Shown here in pieces: positions 37,803-47,667 of a DNA stretch of 64,000 bases. A program made the position numbers and the translations under genes. The DNA lies in assembly GCA_039714415.1 (NCBI GenBank), contig JBDLJL010000001.1, positions 23,172 through 87,171 on the forward strand. The letters run 5' to 3'. Below the pieces are notes generated by a model. The model saw nothing but the letters and a program-made list of their open reading frames with translations. It had not been told where the DNA came from and ran no database searches. The DNA comes from Bacteroidota bacterium (GTDB taxonomy: Bacteria; Bacteroidota; Bacteroidia; Bacteroidales; NBLH01). Positions within the stretch are counted from its first letter, which is position 1, and the number at the start of each line of letters is the position of its first letter.

Positions 37803-38966
37803 TTATAAATAAACCCTTTTTACTCTTCGTGCAACACTGGTCAATATTTCATAAGGGATTGTACCAATTTGTTTAGCCAGTTTTGAAATTGGGTTATGTT
37901 CACCGAAAATAATTGCTTCATCACCTTCATTGGCCTTAATGCCTGCCAAATCAACCATGCAAATATCCATACAGATATTACCTATAATTGGTGCCAGTTT
38001 CCCGTTTATTAAAACCTCTCCAACACCATTACTAAACTTACGGTTAAAGCCATCAGCATAACCTATTGGTAATATCGCAATCCTGGTATCTTGCAATGTT
38101 TTCCCTTTTCTGCTGTAGCCAACTGTTTCGTTTGATTTAACTGTTTTTATTTGTGAGATATTTGTTTTTAATGTACTAATATGCTGTAGTTTATTTTGAT
38201 GTGTTGGGCTAATACCATACAGTCCTATTCCAAGCCGTACCATATCGAAATGTGCATTTTGAAACCGCTCAATTCCTGAAGAATTTACAATATGCCGCAT
38301 AAAATTATAAGGCAAAGCATTCTGAATTTGTTGGGTAATATTTTCAAAATTGCTGATTTGTTGATTGGTGAAGTTATCATGAATTTGTTCATCGCTGCCA
38401 GCAAGATGAGAGAATACAGATTTTACTTTTACTCTTTTTAACTTGGGTAACATTTTTATTAATTTATCAATGTCTTCTTTCACAAAACCAAGCCGCTTCA
38501 TTCCTGTATCTAATTTTAGATGAATAGAATGTTTGTTAACGTTTTGATGTTCAAGGAATTGACAAAAGTCCTGCAATGAGCTAAAACTATATATCTCAGG
38601 CTCAATCTTATAATTAATTAAGTCATGAAAACTTTCAAAACTCGGGTTCATAACCATAATAGGGAGATTAATTCCGGCTTTTCGTAATTCAACTCCTTCA
38701 TCGGTTACTGCTACACCTAAATAATCAACATCCATTTGTTGCAGCCATTTGGCAATTTCATAATTACCACTTCCATAAGAAAAGGCTTTAACCATTACCA
38801 TTATTTTGGTTTCAGGTTTTAAAAACGACCTAAAATGATTTAGATTATGGGTAAGAGCTTTCGTGCTAACCTTAAGGGTCGTACGGTTCGTTTTTTCTGG
38901 TGAAGCATTATTGCTTTTATCCTGATTTGATGTGTTTTTCAATTTCAATAAAGATTTGGGTTGCAA
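37803..38966 (-). CDS. alr: Alanine racemase
   Basis: The PLP-Lys motif is MVMVKAFSYGSG, and the C-terminal region ICMDICMVD is also present. The track ORF begins at a TTG (38966) and no ATG lies upstream of the conserved core, so the exact start is uncertain. Confidence 0.88.
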   Translation of the reverse strand: MQPKSLLKLKNTSNQDKSNNASPEKTNRTTLKVSTKALTHNLNHFRSFLKPETKIMVMVKAFSYGSGNYEIAKWLQQMDVDYLGVAVTDEGVELRKAGINLPIMVMNPSFESFHDLINYKIEPEIYSFSSLQDFCQFLEHQNVNKHSIHLKLDTGMKRLGFVKEDIDKLIKMLPKLKRVKVKSVFSHLAGSDEQIHDNFTNQQISNFENITQQIQNALPYNFMRHIVNSSGIERFQNAHFDMVRLGIGLYGISPTHQNKLQHISTLKTNISQIKTVKSNETVGYSRKGKTLQDTRIAILPIGYADGFNRKFSNGVGEVLINGKLAPIIGNICMDICMVDLAGIKANEGDEAIIFGEHNPISKLAKQIGTIPYEILTSVARRVKRVYL

Positions 38967-39025
38967 TATAATGCAGCAAAATTACTTAATTATTTGTTAA
39001 TGTTAAGCATGTCAATATTTTTTTC

Positions 39026-39033
39026 TATTTTTG
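39026..39033 (+). promoter_or_regulatory. -7 box TATTTTTG upstream of hppA
   Basis: Exact TAnnTTTG match, 33 bp before the ATG at 39066. This supports that start over 38961. Confidence 0.5.
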
Positions 39034-39065
39034 CGCAGTTTTTAAACCTAAATCGATATTATATT

Positions 39066-41471
39066 ATGAAATTTAAATTTTTTATTAGTAGCTTACTTTT
39101 ATTGTTGGTATTTCCAATGCAAATGTTTGCTAGTGAAGCAGACTTGGTTATTCCTGCAGGAGTCAAGGCTGAAACAATTCTGTATTGGGGATTCCTAATA
39201 ACTTTCTTCGGATTTTTATTTGGTTTGTACCAGTTTATGAAAGTGAAAAAAATCAGGGCTCATAAATCTATGTTAGATGTTGCCCATGTAATTTATGAAA
39301 CAGGGAAAACCTACCTTATCCAACAAGGAAAATTTTTAGCAATCCTTTTTATATTTATTGGAACGGCTGTTGCTTTTTATTTTGGATATTTGTCTGAAGC
39401 TCATTTTGGCGTAGGCGGTGTACTTATGATTCTTGGTTGGACAATATTAGGAATACTTGGATCATATGGTGTTGCATGGTTTGGAATTAGAATGAATACG
39501 CTTGCAAATTCACGAATGGCCTTTGCATCGCTGGAAAGAAAACCAATTAAACTTCTTAATATTCCTTTAAATGCGGGAATGAGTATTGGTGTTGTATTAA
39601 TTTCGCTTGAATTAATGATGATGCTTATTATATTATTATTTGTACCCGGTGAATATGCTGGTGCAAGTTTTATTGGCTTTGCTATTGGTGAATCATTAGG
39701 TGCATCTGCATTAAGAATTGCCGGTGGTATTTTTACCAAAATTGCTGATATTGGTTCCGATTTAATGAAAGTTATCTTTAAAATTGGTGAAGACGATCCA
39801 CGAAACCCGGGAACAATTGCTGATTGTGTTGGTGATAATGCAGGTGATTCTGTTGGCCCTACTGCTGATGGTTTTGAAACCTATGGTGTAACAGGTGTTG
39901 CTCTAATTGCTTTTATCTTACTTGCTGTTACTGAGGTTGAGTTTCAGGTACAATTGCTTTCATGGATATTTGTAATGAGAATCCTTATGATCATTACCTC
40001 AATTGTATCTTTTTGGATTAATGGTGCTATTACTAAGGCTAGATATCAAAATGCTGATGATCTTGATTTTGAAAAGCCATTAACATCCCTGGTATGGATT
40101 ACTTCAATTTTATCAATAGCAGTAACTTTTGTTGTTAGTTATGTTTTAATAAAAGATCTACCCAATGATTTATGGGTAAGTCTTTCAGTAATTATTAGTG
40201 CTGGAACACTTGGTGCTGCACTTATCCCTGAGTTTACAAAAATATTTACAAGTCCCAAATCAACACATGTTAATGAAGTGGTTGAAGCATCTAAACAAGG
40301 TGGAGCATCTTTAAATATTCTTTCAGGTTTGGTTGCCGGTAACTTTAGCGCATTCTGGAAGGGAATGGTATTCTTCTTTCTTATGTTTGTTGCCTATTAC
40401 GCAAGCACTTATGGACTTGAAGGTTTTATGATTTATCCTTCAATTTTTGCTTTTGGCTTAGTTGCCTTTGGTATGTTGGGTATGGGACCGGTAACAATTG
40501 CTGTTGACAGTTATGGTCCGGTAACGGATAATGCTCAATCTATTTATGAACTATCTTTGGTTGAAGAAACTGAAGGTATAGATGCTGAAATAGAAAAAGA
40601 TTTTGGCTTTAAACCCGATTTTGAAAAATCTAAATATTATCTTGAAGCAAATGATGGTGCCGGAAATACTTTTAAAGCTACAGCTAAGCCGGTATTAATT
40701 GGTACAGCAGTAGTTGGAGCTACTACCATGATTTTTTCTCTTATTCTTGTTATAAAGCATTCACTTGGTGTTGAACCTGCGGAAATATTAAACTTGTTAA
40801 ATCCTTATACAATTATGGGATTTCTATTGGGTGGGGCAGTTATCTACTGGTTTACCGGTGCATCAATACAAGCAGTTACAACTGGTGCAGCTAGGGCTGT
40901 TGAGTATATCAAACTCAATATTAACCTTGATCCTGATGCTCCTAAAAAGGCAGATGTTGAAAAATCAAGAGCGGTAGTTAAAATATGTACCGTTTATGCG
41001 CAGAAAGGAATGTGGAATATTTTTATTGCCATATTTAGTTTTGCCCTTGCATTTGCATTTTTATCTGCTCCGGGGGAATCAAATGCTCCTGTTGCAATGT
41101 TTGTTAGTTATCTGATTTCTATTGCATTCTTTGGTTTATTCCAGGCTATATTTATGGCAAATGCCGGTGGGTCATGGGATAACGCCAAAAAAGTTGTTGA
41201 GGTAGATATGCAGGAAAAAGGAACTGCTTTACATGATGCTGCTGTAGTTGGTGATACAGTTGGTGATCCATATAAAGATACTTCGTCTGTAGCCTTAAAC
41301 CCGGTAATTAAGTTTACTACTTTATTTGGCTTACTAGCTATGGAAATTGCAATCGCACCACAATTTAGTGGAGTTGCTACGGTTTTAGGATTTGTATTTT
41401 TGGCTACTGCTTTGTATTTCGTTTACCGGTCGTTCTTTAAGATGAGGATTATTCAAGGTAAAGCAGAATAA
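39066..41471 (+). CDS. hppA: Membrane-bound ion-translocating pyrophosphatase (canonical catalytic motifs)
   Basis: About 801 aa from MKFKFFISS. Motifs: GGIFTKIADIGSDLMK, EDDPRNPGTIADCVGDNAGDSVGPTADGFETY, DSYGPVTDNAQS, GGSWDNAKK and VGDTVGDPYKDTSSVALNPVIKF. The GNTFKATAKP motif has Lys at the position associated with K+-independence. Confidence 0.9.
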   Translation: MKFKFFISSLLLLLVFPMQMFASEADLVIPAGVKAETILYWGFLITFFGFLFGLYQFMKVKKIRAHKSMLDVAHVIYETGKTYLIQQGKFLAILFIFIGTAVAFYFGYLSEAHFGVGGVLMILGWTILGILGSYGVAWFGIRMNTLANSRMAFASLERKPIKLLNIPLNAGMSIGVVLISLELMMMLIILLFVPGEYAGASFIGFAIGESLGASALRIAGGIFTKIADIGSDLMKVIFKIGEDDPRNPGTIADCVGDNAGDSVGPTADGFETYGVTGVALIAFILLAVTEVEFQVQLLSWIFVMRILMIITSIVSFWINGAITKARYQNADDLDFEKPLTSLVWITSILSIAVTFVVSYVLIKDLPNDLWVSLSVIISAGTLGAALIPEFTKIFTSPKSTHVNEVVEASKQGGASLNILSGLVAGNFSAFWKGMVFFFLMFVAYYASTYGLEGFMIYPSIFAFGLVAFGMLGMGPVTIAVDSYGPVTDNAQSIYELSLVEETEGIDAEIEKDFGFKPDFEKSKYYLEANDGAGNTFKATAKPVLIGTAVVGATTMIFSLILVIKHSLGVEPAEILNLLNPYTIMGFLLGGAVIYWFTGASIQAVTTGAARAVEYIKLNINLDPDAPKKADVEKSRAVVKICTVYAQKGMWNIFIAIFSFALAFAFLSAPGESNAPVAMFVSYLISIAFFGLFQAIFMANAGGSWDNAKKVVEVDMQEKGTALHDAAVVGDTVGDPYKDTSSVALNPVIKFTTLFGLLAMEIAIAPQFSGVATVLGFVFLATALYFVYRSFFKMRIIQGKAE

Positions 41472-41499
41472 GTTTTTTATAAGGAAAATATTGTAATCT

Positions 41500-41534
41500 A
41501 TACCCCCTTACTAATGGTTCGGGGGTATTTTTTG
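41500..41534 (+). terminator. Rho-independent terminator after hppA
   Basis: ATACCCCC (41500-41507) pairs with GGGGGTAT (41521-41528), followed by TTTTTT. Confidence 0.8.
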
Positions 41535-41599
41535 TAGAACAGCTTTTTAAGCTGTTTTTATTTTTCCAGCTCGATAGCCATGGTATATTTTAAAAGTAC

Positions 41600-44500
41600 T
41601 TACACCCTCAGAACCTTCTTACTCCACCCTTTGGTTACTATTCTATTCTCCATGTATTCCATTCCTTTTCGAATAAGGTCAAGTTGCAATAGAAAATACA
41701 TGAAGGCTGACATAAGCCAGATAATTAATAAATTAAACCAAAATGTATCTATTTCCAAATTTCCAAATTTCTTTACAGGAGCGTAAAAATGTGCTCTTCC
41801 AAGTTTTGATTCTGTGTATTGGTATATTGGATCTTTTAGTTGAATGATTTTACCATTACGCACAGTAATTTTTTTATGTGAATAATTATTTTGAACATAA
41901 TTTGCAATACTTTGGTTCTGATTATCTTCTCTTAATTTATTAAATGCTTTTTCACTACCTAATGCTTCAACTAAATTTTCATATATAATCTTTTTTTCCT
42001 CATTATCCCTTTTCAGATTACTGATCAATTTGTTTTTTAAATTCCCTAATTCTTTATTAAATGAATTTCTATAATCTTCAGAGCCATAATTTTTTGCTAG
42101 GGTATTTGCAAGCTTTAAAAAGGCGGTATCACTATAAGTACTACTGAGTTTTTTGAGTTCATTTTCCAATAGCCGAATTTGTTTGGCTTTCTCAATGGGA
42201 TTATTTTTCACTACTGATAGGTTAGAGTAAGTACTTTGTAGTTTTTGGATATATAGTAAAATCATATAATTTGTATGGCTTATTTTACGATCTACCTCAA
42301 AAAAGTTTTTTTGAAATGGATTATTCTTAAACTGCTCAACAACCAGCCCTTCATAAGCCCAACGCGACGTCATCAAATCGCCATAAACAGGGGTGTATTT
42401 AGCTGATTTAATATCTTTATGCATTTTATTAAAATCGACTACAGCACCGCTTAAAAGCAACTGTGGCACCAATATAAAAGGGATGGCTATATATGCTGAA
42501 ACTACTGAACTAAAAGCCGATGAAATATTTAAACCAATCAAATTTGCACAAACTGCGGTACTAAAAAACATCAGCCAATAGGCAAAATACAGTCCATTTA
42601 TTTCCAAAAAGCTATTGCCTACAATTACAAATAATAAGGCTTGAACTGCTGAAATGATTATTAATAAAATTATTTTTGAATTAATATAGCTGGATCTGCT
42701 TAGGTTCAGAAAAGATTCTCTTTTAATTATTTTTTTGTCCCGTAATATTTCTTCAGCACTAATTACTAATCCAAGAAATAAAGCAACAATTACACTCATA
42801 AATATGTAAGCAGGCAAATTTTCATTATATGCAAAAACATATTGATCCGTATATTTTTCAAAATCAGCATAATGTTTGGTAAATACACCAAGTATAAAGG
42901 CTAGAACAGGTGCTTCCAGTAAAACGAGAAGAACATACTGTCGGTTACTTAATTTTGATATAAGGTTACGGGTGAAAAAAATTTTGAACTGGTTAAATCG
43001 TGTAGGGGCATTAAAATTATTATCTGGGAGTTGTTTTTTTTCAACAGGGATAATTTTTTTCTCAGTTTTTATTTCTGCTTTGAACAAACCTTCCCATTCT
43101 TCGGCTTGTCTTTTTCTTTTGCGGCTTAATTGTCCAAACTCATTAACTAACCTGGATTCAACAATACGTAGTATTTGTTCCGAGTTAATATTTCCACAGG
43201 TAATGCATTCATTATCGTCTGGGTTAATATAATTACCTTGTTTTCGAAAATATGAAATTGCATCTAAGGGGTTTCCAGAAAAAATAAGTTTGCCACCCTG
43301 ATCAATAACAATTATCTTATCAAACAGCTTGTATATATCTGACGAAGGTTGGTGAATGGTTAATATGACTAATTTTTCTTTAAAAGTTTGTCTTTTTAGC
43401 AGGTTTATTATTTTTTCAGAGTCCATTGATGAAAGTCCCGAAGTTGGTTCATCAGCAAACAAGAGAGCTGGTTCTCGCATCAACTCCAATGCAATATTTA
43501 GCCTTTTTCGCTGCCCACCACTTAAAATCTTATTTAGGGGGTCACCAACTTTTAAATCTTCGGCTTCTTTTAAATCGAAATCAACAATTGTATTATCAAC
43601 AATTTTGTTAATATTTTCTTCACTGCAAGTGCTAAAGCATAGTTTAGCATTGTAATAAAGGTTCTGATATACAGTTAATTCTTCAAATAGAAGGTCTTCT
43701 TGCGGAACATAGCCAATAATACCATTCAGGGTTTGTTTATCATCATGTATATCATAACCATTTATTAAAATATCACCCGTTTTTTGGTTAAGGTTACCGT
43801 TTAAAACATTTAACAATGTTGATTTACCCGATCCGCTACCGCCAATAATACCAACCAGTTGTCCTGATTCGGCTTCGAAACTAATATTTTCAATTCCTTT
43901 GGTGCTGTTATTAAATGAAAAGGAAACATTATGGGCTGTTAGTTCAATTCCGTAAATATCCTTTTTATGTATAAATGCACTTACCATATTGCTATAATAA
44001 ATCCGGTCAATACGCCGGCCCCTGATAACTGCACCAACTGCCCAGATATAGGTTCGTTCCGGTTTTATATTTCTACCATTTAAAAACAAGTTATGTTTAC
44101 CAAAATATTTTAGTAAATAGGTATCAGAGTTTTTTAACTGTAAAACGAAAATTTTACCAGCCATTTTTTCATTATAAAGATGCCTGGCCTGAGGATGTAT
44201 AAAGCGTTGATTTCCGCTTATTACAAGAATTTTATCAGTTAGCGCAATAGATTCATTCTCGCTAATAACGAGGTTCTTACTTTGTTCAAAATCATCCTTG
44301 TCAATATTAAAGGTATCGGCAATATCCCTTACCAGTTCTAGCTCCTCATTACTGTCGTAATCACTATCAGCTATAAACTCAAGTAACTGTACGGTAAGCC
44401 AAAATTTCTGTTTTTGTTCAAATTCTTTATTTATTTCAGTACATATTTCTTCTATTCTTTCATGATAAATAGAAATATCAGGTTTTGTTTTTTGGGGCAA

Positions 44501-44686
44501 ATTTAAATGGTATTTTTGCACTTGATCATTAAAATACTGCGTACATTTTTCTGATTGCGATTTGCCGTAATTTCTATAAAAATATTCTTCAACCACCTTC
44601 ATTGCAATTTCATAATTTTTGAAATGTTTTACATCGGCAATAATGGCAAATAGTTTTATAAGTGCATGAAGTAAAGATTCATTCAT
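41600..44686 (-). CDS. ABC transporter, fused ATPase + ABC-2-type permease, with an N-terminal extension of about 270 aa
   Basis: 1028 aa. Walker A is GIIGGSGSGKSTLLN, the signature is LSGGQRKRLNIALEL, and Walker B is LLFADEPTSGLS. A multi-TM ABC-2-like domain and a C-terminal coiled-coil plus final TM follow. Confidence 0.85.
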   Translation of the reverse strand: MNESLLHALIKLFAIIADVKHFKNYEIAMKVVEEYFYRNYGKSQSEKCTQYFNDQVQKYHLNLPQKTKPDISIYHERIEEICTEINKEFEQKQKFWLTVQLLEFIADSDYDSNEELELVRDIADTFNIDKDDFEQSKNLVISENESIALTDKILVISGNQRFIHPQARHLYNEKMAGKIFVLQLKNSDTYLLKYFGKHNLFLNGRNIKPERTYIWAVGAVIRGRRIDRIYYSNMVSAFIHKKDIYGIELTAHNVSFSFNNSTKGIENISFEAESGQLVGIIGGSGSGKSTLLNVLNGNLNQKTGDILINGYDIHDDKQTLNGIIGYVPQEDLLFEELTVYQNLYYNAKLCFSTCSEENINKIVDNTIVDFDLKEAEDLKVGDPLNKILSGGQRKRLNIALELMREPALLFADEPTSGLSSMDSEKIINLLKRQTFKEKLVILTIHQPSSDIYKLFDKIIVIDQGGKLIFSGNPLDAISYFRKQGNYINPDDNECITCGNINSEQILRIVESRLVNEFGQLSRKRKRQAEEWEGLFKAEIKTEKKIIPVEKKQLPDNNFNAPTRFNQFKIFFTRNLISKLSNRQYVLLVLLEAPVLAFILGVFTKHYADFEKYTDQYVFAYNENLPAYIFMSVIVALFLGLVISAEEILRDKKIIKRESFLNLSRSSYINSKIILLIIISAVQALLFVIVGNSFLEINGLYFAYWLMFFSTAVCANLIGLNISSAFSSVVSAYIAIPFILVPQLLLSGAVVDFNKMHKDIKSAKYTPVYGDLMTSRWAYEGLVVEQFKNNPFQKNFFEVDRKISHTNYMILLYIQKLQSTYSNLSVVKNNPIEKAKQIRLLENELKKLSSTYSDTAFLKLANTLAKNYGSEDYRNSFNKELGNLKNKLISNLKRDNEEKKIIYENLVEALGSEKAFNKLREDNQNQSIANYVQNNYSHKKITVRNGKIIQLKDPIYQYTESKLGRAHFYAPVKKFGNLEIDTFWFNLLIIWLMSAFMYFLLQLDLIRKGMEYMENRIVTKGWSKKVLRV

Positions 44687-44794
44687 TCTTTTGCAGTATT
44701 ATTCTGTTGTTATTAAAAGGTTAAGCACCGGAGACAATTCTTGGTAAAAGTAAAACTTATTATTTTTGTTTTTGTAATAAAAGAACTTAAAAAT

Positions 44795-44834
44795 AAATAA
44801 ACCTCCAAGAGTTCATTAACCTGGAGGTTTATTT
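44795..44834 (-). terminator. 13-bp perfect hairpin terminator downstream of the repeat-protein gene
   Basis: AAATAAACCTCCA (44795-44807) pairs with TGGAGGTTTATTT (44822-44834). On the minus strand a T-rich run follows. Confidence 0.7.
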
Positions 44835-44855
44835 ATTTTGTGTTTATAGTTTGGA

Positions 44856-45110
44856 TTACGGTAAGCCTGGAAAAGAATCAACAAATTCAACCTTAATATC
44901 ACCAAAAGAGTCCACAATTTCCACTTTAAAATCGCCGAAAGAATCCACAATTTCCCATTGTCCGCATTCGTTAGCAAAATTACTTACTTTTTCTATTTTT
45001 AAATCAGGGAAGGAGTCTACCACCTCGACTTTGATATCTGCAAAGGATTCCACAATTTCCACTTTCCCATATAATTTAATTCCATTAAATGTACAATCAC
45101 TTCCAACCAT
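44856..45110 (-). CDS. Small acidic protein made of six tandem repeats of about 10 aa, (I/F)KVE(I/V)VDSF(P/G)D
   Basis: MVGSDCTFNGIKLYGKVEIVESFADIKVEVVDSFPDLKIEKVSNFANECGQWEIVDSFGDFKVEIVDSFGDIKVEFVDSFPGLP. It has the same orientation as the pyrophosphatase-like gene and starts 22 bp after that gene's stop. The track's longer start (45152) would overlap that gene. Confidence 0.55.
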   Translation of the reverse strand: MVGSDCTFNGIKLYGKVEIVESFADIKVEVVDSFPDLKIEKVSNFANECGQWEIVDSFGDFKVEIVDSFGDIKVEFVDSFPGLP

Positions 45111-45132
45111 AATTATTTGTGTTAATTTAGGT

Positions 45133-47310
45133 TTATATAATGCCCGATGCAATAATTAATGCTACAATAGCACTTAATTTTATTAAAATATTAAGTGCCG
45201 GGGCCGAGGCATTACCTAATGGTTTCCCAACATTATCACCCACTTTTGCGGCTTGATAAACTTCTGAATTTATACCATAAGTTTCACCATTCCAATTCAC
45301 ACCTTTAGCAATTTCATTTTTTGCACTATTCCAAACTGTAGCCGAATTTGCCTGTGTAATGGCAAGAACAAAACCTACAGGAATCAATCCGGCAAGTATT
45401 CCGGCAAGAAGCTCAGCACCACCAAAATATCCCGTAAGGGTGGGTATAGCAATAGCAATTACAACAGGAATAATTAATTCCCTTATTGAATTGTAAGTAG
45501 AAATCATAACCAGGTCATCATATTCTGATTTACCCTCAGCATCTTCTATAATAGCTTGTTCTTCTTCATTTGGCACTTCCGGGTCACCATAATATTTTCT
45601 AAAAATATCCAGGGCTGCTTTTAATTGGGGTATATCATTAAATTGACGGTTTACTTCTATTACTATTTTATTAGCCACCTCACCGACAGAATTAATTATA
45701 ACTGAGGAGAATAAGAATGGGATCATGCCACCAATCAAAATCGCTCCGATAATTAACGGATCAGATATCTCTAACAAAGGAATATTTGTTTTTTGAAGAT
45801 ATGCACTAAACAAGGCAAAGGCAGTTAATGCGGCGGCTGAAATAGTAAAACCTTTAACAATAAACCCTTTTCTGTTTCCAATTTCACTTAATTCTTTGGT
45901 TGTTTGAACTGTTTCAATACTTAAACCGGACATTTTTGCCAAATGATCAGCGTTCTTTGCGATAGGATTATAAGAATTGATGGCAAGGATAATACCAGTA
46001 TTTGCCAACATACCAACAGCAGCTATTGCAACGCCATAAAAATCTACAAAATAATATGAACTTCCTATTGCAGCGGCAATAATTAAAACAGGTGCAAAAG
46101 CTGATAAAAATCCAGATGATAAACCAGACAAAACATTTGACGAAGGACCTTTAAATGTTTTTTCTATTACTGAACCCACAGGCTTTCCATGTATCGTAAA
46201 AAAATCAGTAAATAAACTAACTAAAATACCTGAAGCTATTCCAATAAATGATGCCCAAAAAACACCTAGTGATTGATATTTTGTGATAATTAAGTTATCA
46301 CCAACTGTTTTGCTCATTTCCCATTCAGACGGTAACATGAATTTTATAACAAAAAATGTGGCTATAGTCAAAATGGTTGCTGAAATGAAATTGGAAAAGC
46401 GATAACTAGTCCAGAAATTTTCAGATTCTACTGTCCTTACCAAAAAGTTTCCTGTTATTGATGTAAGAACACCAACTGAGACAATTGTCAATGGAAGCAA
46501 TATTGGGCCATAAGAAAAATAGTTTTGAATGGCATCAGAATTTACAAAAGGGATACCCAGTAACATAGTAGCAATTATTGCAGCAACGGTTGATTCAATT
46601 AAATCAGTACTTACACCGCTAACATTGTTTATATTTATTCCTGCATTATTTGCTATTTCAGATGGGTTAACCGCTGAATTTTCAGGAATTGCTTCTTCGG
46701 TTTTAAGAACAAGCTCTTTCCCTTCTTCGGCTGCCTGCGCATAAACCCCACCAACAACCCTGTCAAAAAGAGCAACAGTTGAAGCCCCAAGGGCATAACC
46801 TGTTAAACCATCTAAAGCGGTAATTAAACCCCATTCAATGCCAAATAGCTGATAATAAATGAACAAAGAAGTTAAGCCGATAACTGAAAGAGCTATATAT
46901 CCAACACCAATTGCAGACCCACCTGAGAAGGCGACCTTAAATGCCTTATTTAATGATTCTTCGGCGGCATTGGTCGTCCTACCATGTGTATTAGATGAAG
47001 CACGAATACTTAAATAAGCAGCAAGCGAAGAAAAAGCTGCACCTACAATAAACGAAGCGGTAAGAAAACCATTAGAATTTTCAACAGAACGGCTTTGAAG
47101 AAATAACAAGACAGCTATTAAGGTAACAAATGCCGCCATTACTTTGTACTCTGTTTTTAAAAAAGTATATGATGCACTATGGATATACGAAGAAATATCT
47201 TTTATTTTTTGGTTTCCTTCTGCTTGTAGGTATACCTGGCGCGATTTCCAAAATACATAAGCCAAACCCAAAACACCTATACCAATTAAATAATAAATTA
47301 CGTTTTCCAT
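45133..47310 (-). CDS. Divergent membrane pyrophosphatase homolog lacking most canonical catalytic Asp motifs
   Basis: 725 aa, colinear multi-TM M-PPase fold. The motif positions read GGVYAQAAEEGKELVLK, ENSAVNPSEIANNAGININNVSGVSTDLIES, NSYNPIAKNADH, SATVWNSAKN and VGDNVGKPLGNASAPALNILIKL. Confidence 0.8.
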   Translation of the reverse strand: MENVIYYLIGIGVLGLAYVFWKSRQVYLQAEGNQKIKDISSYIHSASYTFLKTEYKVMAAFVTLIAVLLFLQSRSVENSNGFLTASFIVGAAFSSLAAYLSIRASSNTHGRTTNAAEESLNKAFKVAFSGGSAIGVGYIALSVIGLTSLFIYYQLFGIEWGLITALDGLTGYALGASTVALFDRVVGGVYAQAAEEGKELVLKTEEAIPENSAVNPSEIANNAGININNVSGVSTDLIESTVAAIIATMLLGIPFVNSDAIQNYFSYGPILLPLTIVSVGVLTSITGNFLVRTVESENFWTSYRFSNFISATILTIATFFVIKFMLPSEWEMSKTVGDNLIITKYQSLGVFWASFIGIASGILVSLFTDFFTIHGKPVGSVIEKTFKGPSSNVLSGLSSGFLSAFAPVLIIAAAIGSSYYFVDFYGVAIAAVGMLANTGIILAINSYNPIAKNADHLAKMSGLSIETVQTTKELSEIGNRKGFIVKGFTISAAALTAFALFSAYLQKTNIPLLEISDPLIIGAILIGGMIPFLFSSVIINSVGEVANKIVIEVNRQFNDIPQLKAALDIFRKYYGDPEVPNEEEQAIIEDAEGKSEYDDLVMISTYNSIRELIIPVVIAIAIPTLTGYFGGAELLAGILAGLIPVGFVLAITQANSATVWNSAKNEIAKGVNWNGETYGINSEVYQAAKVGDNVGKPLGNASAPALNILIKLSAIVALIIASGII

Positions 47311-47667
47311 ATCAAGTAGTTAAGTGAATTTCTATTTATAATCCAGTAAGGCATAAAAGTAAACATGTTATTACATAAAAGCAATTATAGTTTAATTTAT
47401 TTATAATTATCACTACTTAGAGTATTGTCTTAATTAATGTGTGTATATCACACAATCAGAGGCAGGTATTGTAATTGATAATTATGGAAAATTGTTGATA
47501 AGTTATTTGTAAGTTAGTAAATTGGGAAATTAATTGGTAGAAACAATTTTCAATTTGTTTTTATAACCTTCACCTGAATGTATGGTTACATGAGAACCGC
47601 CCAGATTATTTTCACTATTTAATAAATGGGAAACTCTGAAAACCCAATGGGAACAAATCTTATAAAC

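Noticed and set aside
38961-39065. N-terminal 35-codon extension of the pyrophosphatase ORF overlapping the alr start
   Set aside because: A TAnnTTTG -7 box at 39026-39033 lies inside the extension. The Met at 39066 begins a typical hydrophobic N-terminus, so the extension is probably untranslated.
44851-45159. 102-aa plus-strand ORF (KESTISTLKSPKESTIS repeats) opposite the decapeptide-repeat gene
   Set aside because: The DNA repeat keeps both strands open. I favour the minus-strand frame because it is co-oriented with, and 22 bp downstream of, the pyrophosphatase-like gene and is followed by a strong minus-strand terminator. This remains unproven without strand-specific data.
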